Shown: positions 35,073 to 49,113 of the stretch, in pieces
How the letters are laid out: each line of letters begins with the position of its first letter
Numbering within the stretch: the stretch's first letter is position 1
Origin: Schmidtea polychroa
Taxonomy: Eukaryota
DNA length: 64,000 nt
Direction: 5' to 3'
Assembly: GCA_044892525.1 (NCBI GenBank)
Contig: JBJFYX010000150.1
Span: 62,001 to 126,000, forward strand
Made by a program: the position numbers and the translations under genes
Notes under the pieces: generated by a model
Database searches by the model: none
What the model was told of the DNA's origin: nothing
Seen by the model: only the letters and a program-made list of their open reading frames with translations

Positions 35073-37774
35073 TTATTATTAAATAAATAATAGAAAATTT
35101 GCGATAAGATATTTGATGCACGACATTGGTATAAAATAGTTTGTTCAATAAATATTTTCGGCTTACCTAAAATTTCTAGTGCAGCATTTATCAAGCATCA
35201 GCCAACCGATATTAGAACTCAAATATATATCGTGATGAGTTAATGTCTATTTGTCTGTCTTATTTATAGCTCTCTATATCTTCTGTGTTTAGATATAAAT
35301 ATCGTTAGACACTGGAATCAAGAACTAAATTAGATTTTTTTGACTAAATTAGTATTTCTCGGGCGGATATAGGAGTTTCATATTTGAATTGAGTCAAAAC
35401 TACAAAATTCATTTTTCAAAATATCTCAAATTTCAAAATTTCTCAATTTTCAAAAAGGTATAATTAAAAAATTTATTTAAGCAAAAATTTCTTTTATCCG
35501 GGAAAATATAAAATTTTCATTCATAGATTAAAATTTTTGGCAAACAATACTTTTGAAATAATATCTTTATTTTCAAGGAGTTACCATGTTAAATATGAAA
35601 TTTAAAAAATTTCCTAAGTACATTTAAGCATATAATTAATTTTTTTCTTAACCCTTTCTAAGGCAAAGGAAACTAAAAGTGATGTAAAACTCAAAGTTTA
35701 TTAATAATAATTATATAGTTACAAATGATCATAAAAAAATAAAAACATAAAAAATTTGTTCTCTTGTGGCTCAATATATGTCAGTAGTTGTACCAAAAGT
35801 AAAAATCATTACCGCAGCGTTACACTTAGATATTTATATTAGTTTAAAATGGTGTACAGTATATTGCCACCACTTTCCTTATATTTATTTGTCAAGCAAA
35901 AGACGACGCTTTCTTCCATATAATTGAATAGACCTATTTTTATAAAACTGAAATTTAGTCATGTAATTACTTTTGAAAATTATCAATTAATTTCATTTTT
36001 CTTTGAATTCGAGGAACACGAAAAAATCAATAAAAATTATACAATGATAAAACGTCTTGTAATTAATTTCTAATGATATTTCATTTATTTTCATTCCGAC
36101 AAAAGATCAAATATTAATTTTATGCAACATATATTTAAGATTTTTCCTTCATATTATTTCCAGAATAAAAATGAAATATTAAAAAAAGAAAACCGATCAA
36201 TCTGACAAAAAGATAAAAGTTTTTACTGATAATGATATCAAAACTTTAGAAATTTGAAGAAATTTCTATCTAAGTTTAAATTTAAACATGCCCCCTTTAG
36301 GCACCAATTAAAAATGTATAATGTCTTTGAGTTGAAATTTATCTGTTTGTCTTATGTTCAACTCTCTATGCCTCCTTGGTTTCGAAATAACTTTCGTAAA
36401 ATATGGGATATTTAGCATCGGAAATAGAAATTATTATTTAGAGATGATTGGTAAGTAGTTCACAAAATAAAAATATGAAAGTATGCAGAGATTATTATGA
36501 TTTTTCATACGCCATGTTTACAAGCTTACAGATTTCTTCTGTAAATTAGCTAATTTGCAAGTGATGTGATTTCCAGTGTACCAGAGAAGTATATGTAATG
36601 TACAGTTATTTTTGTTAATATTTTAGTATTCACAATTAGGAATTGTGTATACTAAAATATAAAATATTACCATCTGGGAAATCCAGATTTATAAAAATAA
36701 ACTATATAGCGATAATTTACTATAGTAAATTATCGCTATAGTAAGTTAAAAAAAACAAAATAAAAAAATCAAAAAAAAATCGATAAAAATTTATCTAAGG
36801 AAGAAATTAACTAGAAAACCAAAATTTCATATTTCGAATTCTTGTATCGCCACGATTCCGCGCGGATCCTTTATACTCAAAGAATATACATCATTCAACA
36901 GAAATTGGTACTGGACTTTTCACTAATCCGTTCATTCATAGAAGAACAATTACTATCTATTCATAATCTACATCTTTACAAGTTCAAAGAATATATGAAT
37001 ATCATTTAACCAAAGTTGATTTTGGTCTATCCACTAAATCGTTCATTTATAGGAGGACAATTATTAACGGTAATTTAGACAATTGATAAGTAAAGTATAT
37101 ATTGTTTTTGTTGATAAAAATATAAATATTGTTAAAGTAGTCGCAAATTTTATATTTTGAACATAACACGCACACCGATTGTCCCGCTACAAGTTTTAAC
37201 GGTGACTCTTTCGGGCTCTTCAAATTCTCCTCCTAAAATAATATAATTAACTATAATAACAACTATAACCTCCATAACAGTATACAATGGAGTTGAATCA
37301 GCAATATTGTATACTTACCTTCTCAGATTCTGTTCAAGTGATTTCTTTCTTTACACTGTCCAAATCTTAGGAATTAAAAATCAATGATTAGTCATTGTCG
37401 CAATATGGACTAAAAGATTTAGTAATAAAAAATAATACAACCATCCTAGTATATTATGTATTTGTGATAATGAGACCTGATGGGGCCTGATGCTTACAGT
37501 CCAAACATGCAACAACAAATAGACACAATAAACTATTCAAAATAAATTTCGGTCTGACTTATACTCTAATCTTGTCCTGTGCGTCCTTTGCAAAAAAAAA
37601 CACCAAGAAACACAGAAAACAAAATAAAAATTTCACAATTAATCTCGACACAACACAACAAATGTTAGTTAATGGTTAACTTTTCTTGAATGTAAACATA
37701 TTTTATCCTTTTTATATTTAAAAACTAACTTATTGCATATTGAACAGATTACTCCTTTTCCGTTATGCAAACTC

Positions 37775-37950
37775 TATCAGCTACGGAAGCTCTGGTATTA
37801 ATTGGATCCATTTAAATCAATATTTTGAATACAACGTTTTATTATTAAATCACAAAAGTATTTAAACAAATCACATTATAATTTGTTTGAGGAGTTTCTA
37901 TAAAAATAATTAATACATAAGTAAGGGTTTCAACATACAGACGACATACA
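37775..37950 (-). repeat. Diverged relative of the element B LTR
   Basis: Shares ggtattaat..gatcc, taatttgtttgaggagtttcta..aaataattaat..taagtaagg..tttcaacataca; ends CA followed by ATAATAAT. Confidence 0.7.
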
Positions 37951-38029
37951 ATAATAATTTAATTTATTTTTTAGAATACCACCCAAACACACTGTTGATG
38001 GTTATATTTTTTAATATAAAAATTGTTTA

Positions 38030-38590
38030 TTTAGACGAAATTCTTGTGTATGGCACATCATGAGCATTTACGATTTAGATTTTAGAAGAATATGAAATAA
38101 AGTGTTAAGAATAAGTCCGTAGAGGTGTGAGATTTACAAAACCAAATTGAAATTCCTTGGTTTTACCGTCAGTAAAGATGAAATACAGAGAATTTTAGAA
38201 AAGATCTAGTTAATTACAGAAGCGATAAAAACGCAGTGTGCCAAACAACTTAGATCATTATTAAGTCTAATGGATCGCTAGAGACGATTTGTCAAAGATT
38301 ATGCTAAAATAGCAGCATTCCCACATGCAACAACCTCGGGCTGTCATAAAACAATGAAATGGTCCAAAAATGTGAAAAATGTTTTGGTCAGCTGAAAGAA
38401 GCCTTAACACAAGCTCCAATTCTTGATTTCCCTAAACAGATGGAAAGGTTTTTTTGGATAGTGATGCTAGTTTTGAAGCTATTGGAGCAGTTTTGAGCCA
38501 CCCAAATGAAAGAAGATGGTTTAAAAAAAGTTATTTAAACAGCTCAAAACACCTGACTGTTCATGAAAAGAGATGCTGTATAAGGTTGTT
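38030..38590 (+). pseudogene. pol: Degraded Gypsy RT/RNase H fragment
   Basis: LDEILVYG, KFLGFTVS, QLRSLL..RRFVKDYAKIA, LDSDASFEAIGAVLSH with stops and frameshifts. Confidence 0.8.
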
Positions 38591-39198
38591 ATGGATTTTG
38601 CTGTCCCGTAGTTATTTTTTCCTAATCCAAAAACATAAATTTTAATTAGTAATATTTATTAAAAAGTAACAAATAAACAATATAAAAAATTATTAACGAA
38701 ATTAGGTTTCATCTGCATGCAATAAATTACAAATAATACCTAAAAATGCATCGAAATTCGCAATAAATAGAAGAGTTATCGAAAACACACGTTAGCACCC
38801 AGCATTTCAGTGAAAGTTACTTTTTTAGTTTATAGCTAATAAACCTTGTGATATCTCTTGGTACTGTTGCGCTTATTTCTTAAATATTGCTTGTTTGTGC
38901 TATAGTAAATATTTTAACGCTTAAAAATAAAATAAAACTTACAAAAATGTTCTGCGGACTGGTCCACGGACCACTATTTTGAGAAGCACTACTGTAGAGA
39001 ACTTCAACCAAGAAAATCTTTATTAATATTATTGACAGATTTAGCAAAATAGTAAGTTTAAAGTCCACAGCAAATTAAGATAAAAAACTAATTTGAAGGC
39101 CGAAATTCTTTAATTTTTTAAGGTCGATTCAAATTGTGTTTAAAAAATAAATATTTTTTAAATTTTCTGACTTTTTTGAAATTATGATTATAACTAGT

Positions 39199-39788
39199 AT
39201 GAGTCAAACAGATAGTTATGTTGGTGATGGAGCTCAGTTTAAGAGAGGTATTTTAACTGTGAGTTATCCAATTGAACACGGTATTATTTCAAACTGGGAT
39301 GATATGAAAAAAATCTGGTATTATATATGAATTTCATATTGCACCAGCAGTGTCCAATTCCTCTTTCCAAAGCAGCACTAAATTTAAAAGCTAAATGATT
39401 CAATTTATGTATGAAACATTCAATGCTATTGTTAGAAGCTATAACATTCAATTCTTCTGTCATCAAATAAATTACTAAGACTAAATAAATCCAAAATTAT
39501 ATTTCATTTAATCTGCTTATATAAACAAATATTCTTGGGACATTTTCTTTTTAAAAATTTTAATTTCAACCAATTATCAAAATACCATCAACATACCACA
39601 TTCATACTTGAATTGCAATCTTATAAAAAATTAGTTTATTTAAAAATTAAAATTAAAATATTCATTTTAATTTTAAACCATTTTAATTCTAATATATTTC
39701 AAATAATTTAAGTTTCACTTTTAATTTTACAAAATTTAATCATGAAATAATTTTAATTTAACATTTTAATTTTAACTCCTCACAGTTA

Positions 39789-39872
<84 letters not shown>

Positions 39873-39994
39873 CTATCTAATCTGTTTTGTCTCTTTATGC
39901 TTCTGGATGAACTACCGGGATTGTTTTAGATTCCGGATACAGTGGGTCACATACTATGTCAATTTATGAAATTCATGTGATGCCACATGGAATT
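39199..39994 (+). pseudogene. actin: Actin pseudogene fragment
   Basis: [79 protein letters not shown]; stops, frameshifts, possible intron 39431-39785. Confidence 0.92.
39790..39868. repeat. (TA)n microsatellite inside the actin Met-Tyr codons
   Basis: About 39 units between ttatg and tatgttgctatc. Confidence 0.95.
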
Positions 39995-40562
39995 TGCAAA
40001 AACAGTGAATATTTCGAAAGTTCGTATATAAAGGATAAATTTGAAAAAACTGGGAATAAGGCAAACATTTTCTACCGAATAAACATCAATCAAATAGTTC
40101 AGTGGAAATTGCCATCAAAACAATGAGAGATTTTCTTCTGACAACAATAAAAGGAGACTGTGCTGAAAAACAGTGGAGCGAATTAAATGAAATTTTGAAG
40201 TGAGAGAAAGGTATTAGTACGCACAGGACCACATAGAAAAAAATGATATTTAATATAATCGTTCATATAAAGTTATTAAGTTTGTGTCAGATCATCAAGT
40301 GGCGTTGCAATATCCAAATACAACGTGAAACCGATGAATCGAATGGTTAAAAAGAAAGTTAAAAGTCTGAATCTTAAAGAAAATTATGATATTGTATCAA
40401 ATGTCAAAGAGCGAATGTCAATCAATTTAATTGTACGTCACATAATCCAATACAATTTATTAGTCATTACTTAAGTATTACTATTTCGAAGTTATGCATT
40501 TATGCTAATTAAATAATACATTTTAAGGTAGCCGCAAGTGTTCTAACTAAATTTAATTATAC

Positions 40563-40566
<4 letters not shown>

Positions 40567-40627
<61 letters not shown>
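40567..40627. repeat. (ATT)n microsatellite
   Basis: About 20 perfect units. Confidence 0.97.
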
Positions 40628-40628
<1 letters not shown>

Positions 40629-41314
40629 GAAATATTGCAAAATAATTTCAAAATAAACATTGACATATCCATTAAGTATATGTAAAAAGGAGAAAAATCA
40701 ATTTATTTTTATCTAATAGTTTTGCAAATGAGATGAAATATGAGATAAATATTCCCTTTAAATGGATTCATCCGATATCATCGGTTTGTTGACGACCACA
40801 ACATTAGTAGCTACTTGTTTACAATTTCATAAATCCGTAGCCATATGAGCGGCTAATTCTTTAAGATAATCTCCCTATGCAATGTTATTCTTGATGCCAT
40901 TGACAATAGATTATTGTCTGTGATTGTTTTCTCGTTTTGACAATTTGAAAATTGCATTTCCCAGAATCTCATTCACGCACAGACTGGCTTGTCTCAGTTG
41001 TCGGGAGCAGATGGTAAGCAATATTCCTGCCGTAATTTATCAACTTCAAAATCTATGGTTAGAANNNNNNNNNNNNNNNNNNNNNNNNNNNNNNNNNNNN
41101 NNNNNNNNNNNNNNNNNNNNNNNNNNNNNNNNNNNNNNNNNNNNNNNNNNNNNNNNNNNNNNNNNNNNNNNNNNNNNNNNNNNNNNNNNNNNNNNNNNNN
41201 NNNNNNNNNNNNNNNNNNNGACCCAGAAGAAGAATTTCTTTATTAACTTTAGAAATATAATCCAACACAACTGTTATCATTTCATCTGTGAAGTCATCAT
41301 AATATTGTTTCAAC

Positions 41315-43796
41315 CAACGTTCCCTCTTATTTTTTTCGGGCTGCGCGAAAAAATAACGTTATGTGCTCATATTTTGAAAAGTGACCACATTGTGCGCAAG
41401 AGCAAATTTTATTTTGGTAAATTAAGACTTTTATTTTTATAAGGATTTTTTTATTATTAAAAAAGCAAATTCCATTTTAGTTTAATTACCACGTCGATCT
41501 TTATTATTTTTCCAAAAATTGAAAACTTTTTGTACATCAATTTCGTCTCAACGCCTTAAAAATAATTTGATACGCATGAGATGGTCCAAATGAAATGTCT
41601 CCAATCTGTTTCTGGCCTTTGTTTTAATGACATTCATTTGACTAAACCCACGCTCGCAATCTGCACTGGATGCTTGAAAGGTCGCAGAAATGTCTATTAA
41701 AGAGAAAAGCTCTTGAAACTCATCCTCCTTGTTGGCAAGGTCTACCATATCCGCGAAGCTGCTTACGACGTTAGAGTTAAATTTGGTTTGGTATAAAAAT
41801 TTAAAATTCGAATATTGGCTTAAAATTTGCTTCTTCACTTCTTCACTATAATTTGGAATAATTTTCGAGTATTTGTTAAGATTCAGTAAGTTTTGGTTTC
41901 CAAAATTAAAGTTGTTGCTGTTTGCGATTCCTATGTGATCAAATGCAGCCCAGTCTTTCATTTCTTCTTCTGGAAATCTGCACTCTAGATGATCATATAG
42001 CTTTGTGATAAATTCAACAATTTCAACAGTATTATCGCTTGTGTTGAGAAGTTTTATTGCTTCTTCGTTCCAAAAAATTGTTTCTCTAAGATACTGGCTT
42101 CGAATCCTTTTAATAATGGATTTTACGTATTAATGAGCTTTCATGGGAGAAAGCACGCTTTTTTGAAAAAATGTGCTCATTTTTGCTAATTCAGTTAAAA
42201 CATCATTTAGCACTGTTAAAGCTAATCGGTTCAAAGAATTAGTAAGAACGTTAACACAATATTTAGAGATTGGATCATTTGAATTTTCAACTTCACCTTT
42301 GCAATACTCAATCAAAACATCATAATTTCGAATAAATGGAATCACTGCAAAGTGTCGCGAAAGCCACCTTACCTCATTGAGAGGTCTAAAACTCAAAACA
42401 TCGCATTCCATTACTGCAGCTAAATCTTGAAATTTGCCTTTTTTCACAGATGATCTACTGAACATTATGTACACCGTTCTTAATAAAGTCTCTAGAGTTT
42501 TCATTAAAGGTATTCCCTTCCAAGTATCGTCAATTCCAAGGTCTTCTCTGTGAGCCACACAATGCTGAGCTGATAAATATGGAATATCTCGTTGTAATAT
42601 CTTTGCTACTCCATTATAGCCACCCAGCATAACCGCAGCTCCGTCCGATGTCATCATTACCATTTTAGCCATATGCAACTTAAAATCAGAGTAGAACTTT
42701 TTGATAGCTGCCACAATTGATAAAGCGTCACAAGCACTTAACTCAATTATAGTTGCAAAAGAGGTTTTGTAATCAAAGTTTGTTCTGAATTTTATGTAAA
42801 TTATGAGGATTTTATGAATAGAAATATCCGTGCTCTCATCAATAATTAAGCAATGATATTGTGATTTTCTAATAGCCTCGAAATCTTCTTTCTGAACTAC
42901 TTGATTTATACATTCCACGAATTCAAAGGCATAATTTTTGCTGCGCCAACTTTTAGGAATTTTAACATATTTTGATACGTGGCTATTTAATTCCTGTACA
43001 GAATTCATTGAAGTGTTCAATTTTATTGCCAAAATTACGTTGTCAATTAAAACTTTAACCATTTTTGGATTTGCCTTTTGTCTTCCAGCATTTTCTATTC
43101 GTACCTCACGGTCTTTAGGAGTCTCAGTAATCTGTCGAACTAATCCACCACATTTACGAGTTGTAAGAATTTCAACCACTTCAATGTGTGTTTTGTGATT
43201 TAGATGACGTTTCAGATAATCTAATTTCCAATCATCCCACTTTTTCCTAATTGAAAAATCTCCATCTACTTTCGCTTCGGTACAAAATTTGCACTTAATT
43301 TTACTTTCTTCTTCATTGAATTCGAATATACAATCTAGTTTCACATCGCAGAGTTCACGTGAAATTGGTATTTTGGTCTTAACAAGTTACAAAAGCCAAG
43401 CAGGTTTGAAATTTGGACATACTTTTTTGAATGTTGATATTGGTTGACTTGAGGAGTTTCTTTTTGACATCTTTGAAGCTGGGATTGAATTTATTTAAAA
43501 AAAACAACAAAAATAAATAATAATACATATACCATTTACAATTCCTCGGCACAGCACAGTATAAAATTCGTAATAAAATATTAACTTTATTTGGTCGATG
43601 TTCGAAATATAGTAATTATATTGCTTTATAATAGCAATTAGCAATGTAAAAATAAGTCTACTTTTATCGATATTAAAAATTATTTTAAAAAACGGTCAAT
43701 AATTTTAAAAAAAATCCGCGAGCAATTTTCTTATGCGCGCAAAATGGAATGCTGTGAGCAACAATTTTTTATGCGCGCAGCTTAAAGGGAACGTTG
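41315..43796 (-). mobile_element. Full-length hAT transposon (2482 bp)
   Basis: Perfect 11-bp TIR CAACGTTCCCT/AGGGAACGTTG; 8-bp TSD GTTTCAAC (41307-41314, 43797-43804); transposase inside. Confidence 0.96.
41548..43470 (-). pseudogene. hAT transposase (ZNF862-like group), 640 codons, two in-frame stops
   Basis: Single frame from ATG 43470; IIDESTD, TSDGAAVMLG, HCVAHR, EVRWLSR and hATC SSADCERGFSQMNVIKTKARNRL; TAA near 43388 and at 42130. Confidence 0.93.
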
Positions 43797-46700
43797 GTTT
43801 CAACCATTCTTTGTTTTTTGTCACTGATTGATCGTATATTGAATTGAAAACATTGGATAATTGTTCAACACTTTTGCTAGTAAACATTTGAATTGTGTTT
43901 ATCCTTTTAAGAGCTCGATTAAATAGAATATCATATTCCTTCTTTTCGGCAGTTCCATATTCTGCTTTATTATTCTTTGACATGAAACAATGAACAAAAC
44001 TATTAGTGGCATTTGACCAAAAATCTATGGTTTGACTTGTATTTCTAAACGGAGTTCCAGCAGCATATATAGCACTATCTTTTGCAGCAATTATTCTGTC
44101 AACACTTGGTCTAATAGAAGTGTCATAATATTCAATAATATTTAATAACATTTTCCGACGATTCTTTAAGATTTTCGAAATCTTGGATGATACTAGAAAA
44201 TGTACAAGAGTTTTACATTTTGAAATTGTCAGATTTGGGGAGATCAAACGAACGAAACTTGTTATTGAGCATATTTTGAATTTCTACTTTATATTTGTAA
44301 GAATGTACATCATGATCATGTGTCAATTCATTTCATTCAATGGAATTAATAAATAAAGATTTTGTCAGATCATCTCTTATTCTTTCCAAAGACTTAATTG
44401 AACTATCGGAAGTTTGATTTTAAACAACATCAAAAATTCTCCTTTAAAAAACCACCAAAATTTGGTTGGTTAAACAAAAATCCAATATCAATTTTCTACC
44501 AAAAACAAAATCAATCTACAAAACTAATCAAAATTATAATTAAAAATTTACCAAACCTACCAACTTTTCGCACACTACTCCGAATAGCAGTCTGATAATA
44601 ACGCGCACACAGACGCGATAAAAANNNNNNNNNNNNNNNNNNNNNNNNNNNNNNNNNNNNNNNNNNNNNNNNNNNNNNNNNNNNNNNNNNNNNNNNNNNN
44701 NNNNNNNNNNNNNNNNNNNNNNNNNNNNNNNNNNNNNNNNNNNNNNNNNNNNNNNNNNNNNNNNNNNNNNNNNNNNNNNNNNNNNNNNNNNNNNNNNNNN
44801 NNNNNNNNNNNNNNNNNNNNNNNNNNNNNNNNNNNNNNNNNNNNNNNNNNNNNNNNNNNNNNNNNNNNNNNNNAATTACATCCAATTCAGGTGAAAAGAA
44901 AAAAAATAAGAAGAAAGTTAACTGTACCAAGGTCCCTGCTTGCGTTGAGGTTGCGTTCTATGAAAACGATACGCAAACTGAAATCACACATAACAGAGAA
45001 TTGGTGTAAGAGAAACAATTATTGTGAGAAAAGAAAATTTTAAAATATTATAGTATTTAAACAAAGTTGTATTTTTTCATTATTAACTGTGGATAAATAT
45101 TCTATTCAACAAATTACATTTCTATACATATATATTTTCCAAGTAACATTTTAATTGAAAATATTAGTGTATTAAAAATTACTTTTTTACTCAATCTGAT
45201 TACAATTAATTGCAATTAAATCATTAAATAACATTTCATATCGTACATCGTTTTAACCGGAATGAAATTTAAGTCTGACTGCACGTATTTTGTATCAAAT
45301 ACTCAACACTCAAAAATGTTGAAACTTTGTATTTTACAATTCCAATCCAAATTTCAACAATTTTCAAGTTTTTTATAAAATCGAATTTTTTTTCCTACAA
45401 TGAACTGAAGAAAACCTCCGCTTTTCTGAATTTCATTGGAAATGAATGTTTCTCACAATATCTTTTCTTCAATCAATCTTATGTAATTCTTCCTTTATTT
45501 GTTTTAATCACGAATCCAAAGAAAGACTTAGAAGATTATTTTTTGGAAACCAATATTGTTTTTATGCAGTTTTTATTTTTATAATTTCTATTCATTTAGC
45601 TCCTATTTACCATAATATCATGATAAAGATATAGTTTTGTTTTTCGTACCATACCGGACACTCTTCTATAAATCCTTAATTTTGTTGCTTCTAATTAAAT
45701 GTTTTACAAACCATTTTCCGAATTTAATTCCGTAATTCACTAATTACCGATTTTTAGCATTTGCACATTTTTGCTCTTGATACTGACTCGATTCTTAAAA
45801 ATTTACTTTCCCATTTTAATTTCCACTTTGATTTCGCCTAATAGTATTTTCAATTACATTTATTTTCCAGACCCTAACGACATTTGATTTATTGGGAAAA
45901 TAAATAAAATTAAAGATTTTACTGATATTGTCGAATTATTTTCAATCAATGAAAAATAACATTTAAAAATATCATTGATTATATTTAAATTTAAATAAAT
46001 TTTTTATAAAAGCTTTTTTAAAAAAATATTATTCACACTTAAATTTTCTAAAATTTTCTAATATTTGTAAATTGAATTTGGAGATGAAATCGAAGTGAAA
46101 ATAATTAATTATATATATGTTTATTTTTATGTTTATTTAAACAAATTGAAATCAGATGCATTAATTCCAATCCAGTTCCGGAGTTGATAGATTCAATAAA
46201 CTTATCATTTGTAATTGAAATTTACATTTGTATTTCTTCAACTAATTATAATTTTGTTTTATTCATTAATTGAACTTTTTCATATTTTTAATATTTATGT
46301 CGATTTTTATGATGATTTCATCTATTAGTGTGACCTTGACATTTAGTGTTAATTTCTAATTTAATAGTTTTTTGCTTTAAGTTAATAATGCAAATTTTAT
46401 ATTTTATTTATAATTATATCAATTAAGGCTTGATTATATATTATATTTTATAATATATTAAAAAATTAAAATTTTATTTTTAGTGAATTTTTAAAATATT
46501 TAAAATATCTATATATCGAGTAAAATGTCAATAAAAATGGCTTAAAAAGTAAAGATTCAATCAAAAAAATCAGGAAATTAAATAAATTTTGTTTGTGAAT
46601 GAAAAAAATTTCAATTATGGAAAACTGCATTTACTGAATAGGGACTTTTGTCAGATGCTTTAGATTGGGGATTTAAATAATTTAAATTTTTTTTAATTAA

Positions 46701-47030
46701 AATTGTTGGGTTTTGTTTTAAAGTCAGTAATAACTCTAAATCTTAATTTTACATGTTTCAAATAAATAGTTATTCCAAATACTCTTTACTAGATTGACTA
46801 GTTTTATTACGATCTCAACTTTCCTGCTTTTTAAACAAATTTCTCAACTGCAAATTTTCAAAATCAAAATAATTAAGTTAGGCAAACAAAATTTCTGAAG
46901 TCAAAAGAATTAGGTTAGTTGCATTTCTCATAAAAACAAAATGGTTAGTCAGGCGATCTTTCGCTTTTATGCTCAAAGGCTTTGTTTAGCTCATTTGATT
47001 TTAAAACAAAACTAATCCGATTATTCAATT

Positions 47031-47867
47031 TGTTGAGGTTTGATGAAACAGGCACAAAAATAAAGTGAAAATCAATAAAAACATCAAATTTACAATAATA
47101 AATAAAAGTGCAAAAATATTAATTAAAAATCAAAAAAATTAAAAATGAATATTTTCCGGGGAAACCTGTATGAGCGAATGGGAACAATGAGACGACTCCA
47201 AATATAATAAATCTAAAATTAATGGGGGTCTCCAGGAGGAAATATTTACAAAAACCTTAAATTAATTAAAAATTAATTATCTAATGAAAAATCCGAGCAA
47301 ATGGGAAACCCGAGCAGTTTGAGGAAATCCGAGCGATCAGCAAAATTATTGAATGAGGTCGCTCCAAATAAACGAATGAGGAAAAAACCGAGAGAAAAGA
47401 GAGCCAGCGATAAATTAAATTCGGGCAAATTAACATAAAAATAAATGAATTGTCTGAAAACCTAAAAGCTCCAAATTCAAAATAATTAGGTAATCAAGGG
47501 GAAGTCCGGAGAGAATTATACCCAAAATGACAAAATAAATTTGATTGGGAAAGAATTAAATAATTTATTTTAAATTTTAAAGAAGCTTGATAAATTTGAA
47601 ATAATTGTAAGCGATATAACTTTAGTTTTAGCGTAACAGAAAGGGATATCTCTCATTGGAACACATATCCCTACGCAGATTAAAAGTGATTTTGAAAATT
47701 GTGTTATTAAAAGTGGTACAAAGTAACATTGTATTAAAGTGTGTAGATAATAAAACTGTGATTGTGGTCATTTTGAATAGATATTATTGTGTTGGGTTGT
47801 TCGATTTTCTTAATAAAAGGACACCAAGGAGTCAGACACTGATACCGACTTACATAAATAATCAACA
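47031..47867 (+). mobile_element. Solo LTR (837 bp)
   Basis: TGTTGA...TCAACA inverted termini; 4-bp TSD AATT (47027-47030, 47868-47871); AATAAA near the 3' end; homologs at 49114 and 7875-8559. Confidence 0.78.
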
Positions 47868-49113
47868 AATTTGAGGGAAAATATCTCATTATCTTTATCA
47901 TTTATCCTTCGGGGTTTCATATTTTTCAGTTTTTCTGCATTCCAATTAAATTTAATTATTTTTCTTAATTAATTTGTAATTTTTTAATATTTATCTCATT
48001 ATTTCGAATCGGTACATACCTGTTTCTTCCATAATATATCAATTTTTAATTTCTCCTATTTTAATTAATTTCTGGACTTTATTTATTAATTTGGAATTTT
48101 AATAAATTTTGCCGTTTTATTGATTTAAATTACAATTAAAATTAGAAAAATAAATTTTAAGTTACATAAAAACGAATAAATACCTTTAACGATGTAGAAA
48201 ACCAAATTTAATTTTTCATTAATTTCTTTCATAATTTTCCCATTTTTTCACTTATGAACATGGATTTATTTAATAAAAAGAAAAGTTTTCATTATGATCA
48301 GATAAATCTATTAGGATAAATCTACATGAGTTGCCTATTATCTTGATCAACGTCAGTAGCTATATGAATAGGCGTTCGTTCTATCACGAATCTGAACATT
48401 AGATAAATCTTGATAACTTTCGATCTCATTTCTCTCGAAAGAATTAAAATTATTTTCATTGCCAAATTACAATTTGTAGAAAATTAAAATTTTTATTAAT
48501 ATTTAAAAAAATTTTTTAATATAATGTTTTATTATTTAAATTAATTTTAACAAAAAATTTGTTTTAAATCAAGTCTAGAAATATAGTCAAAAAAATTTTA
48601 ATTCTAATTGACTTTATTCGACGAAAATTAACTTTTCTCTTATAATTAAAATGATTTAAAAATTTTAATGTGCCTAATTTTGGAGTATTATTTTATTAAA
48701 TTTTTAAATTTATAAACTTTTTTTTATTTTTACAATTTATATCTAACAATTTTGACAATTTATAATTTTTAAATTTCAAATTTTTATTTTGCATTTTTAT
48801 TTTTCGTACCATTTGTAAAATATGGTCAATCTAAAAATGTTTTAAGTTAAACCGGTTCTGTTTTGTGTGAGGTCCTCCACCATGTTCTTGAATAAAGCTT
48901 AATCAAAATGGCTAGAATATTAATAATATTATAAATATTCATATCCAAGATTTGTTTTGTTAATTAAAATTTTTATAAATATTAAATTTATCAAAAATAG
49001 AAATGAATTTTTATTAATATTTAAACGATGTCTTTGCCTACCTAATTCAAGATTCATCAAAAAGAAAGTAAAATCAAACAACTGACTTTTCCTTTTACAT
49101 TTATAATGGGGAT

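Larger units (their letters stand above)
41220..44247 (-). pseudogene. Unknown ORF split by the hAT insertion
   Basis: Removing the element and one TSD restores ..NKEW-LKQ-YYDDFTDEMITVVLDYISKVNKEILLLG in frame (44247-43797 joined to 41306-41220); runs into an N gap. Confidence 0.7.

Noticed and set aside
36865-37060. ~105-bp diverged duplication encoding KVDFGLST (kinase DFG-like)
   Set aside because: No other kinase motifs and frames contain stops
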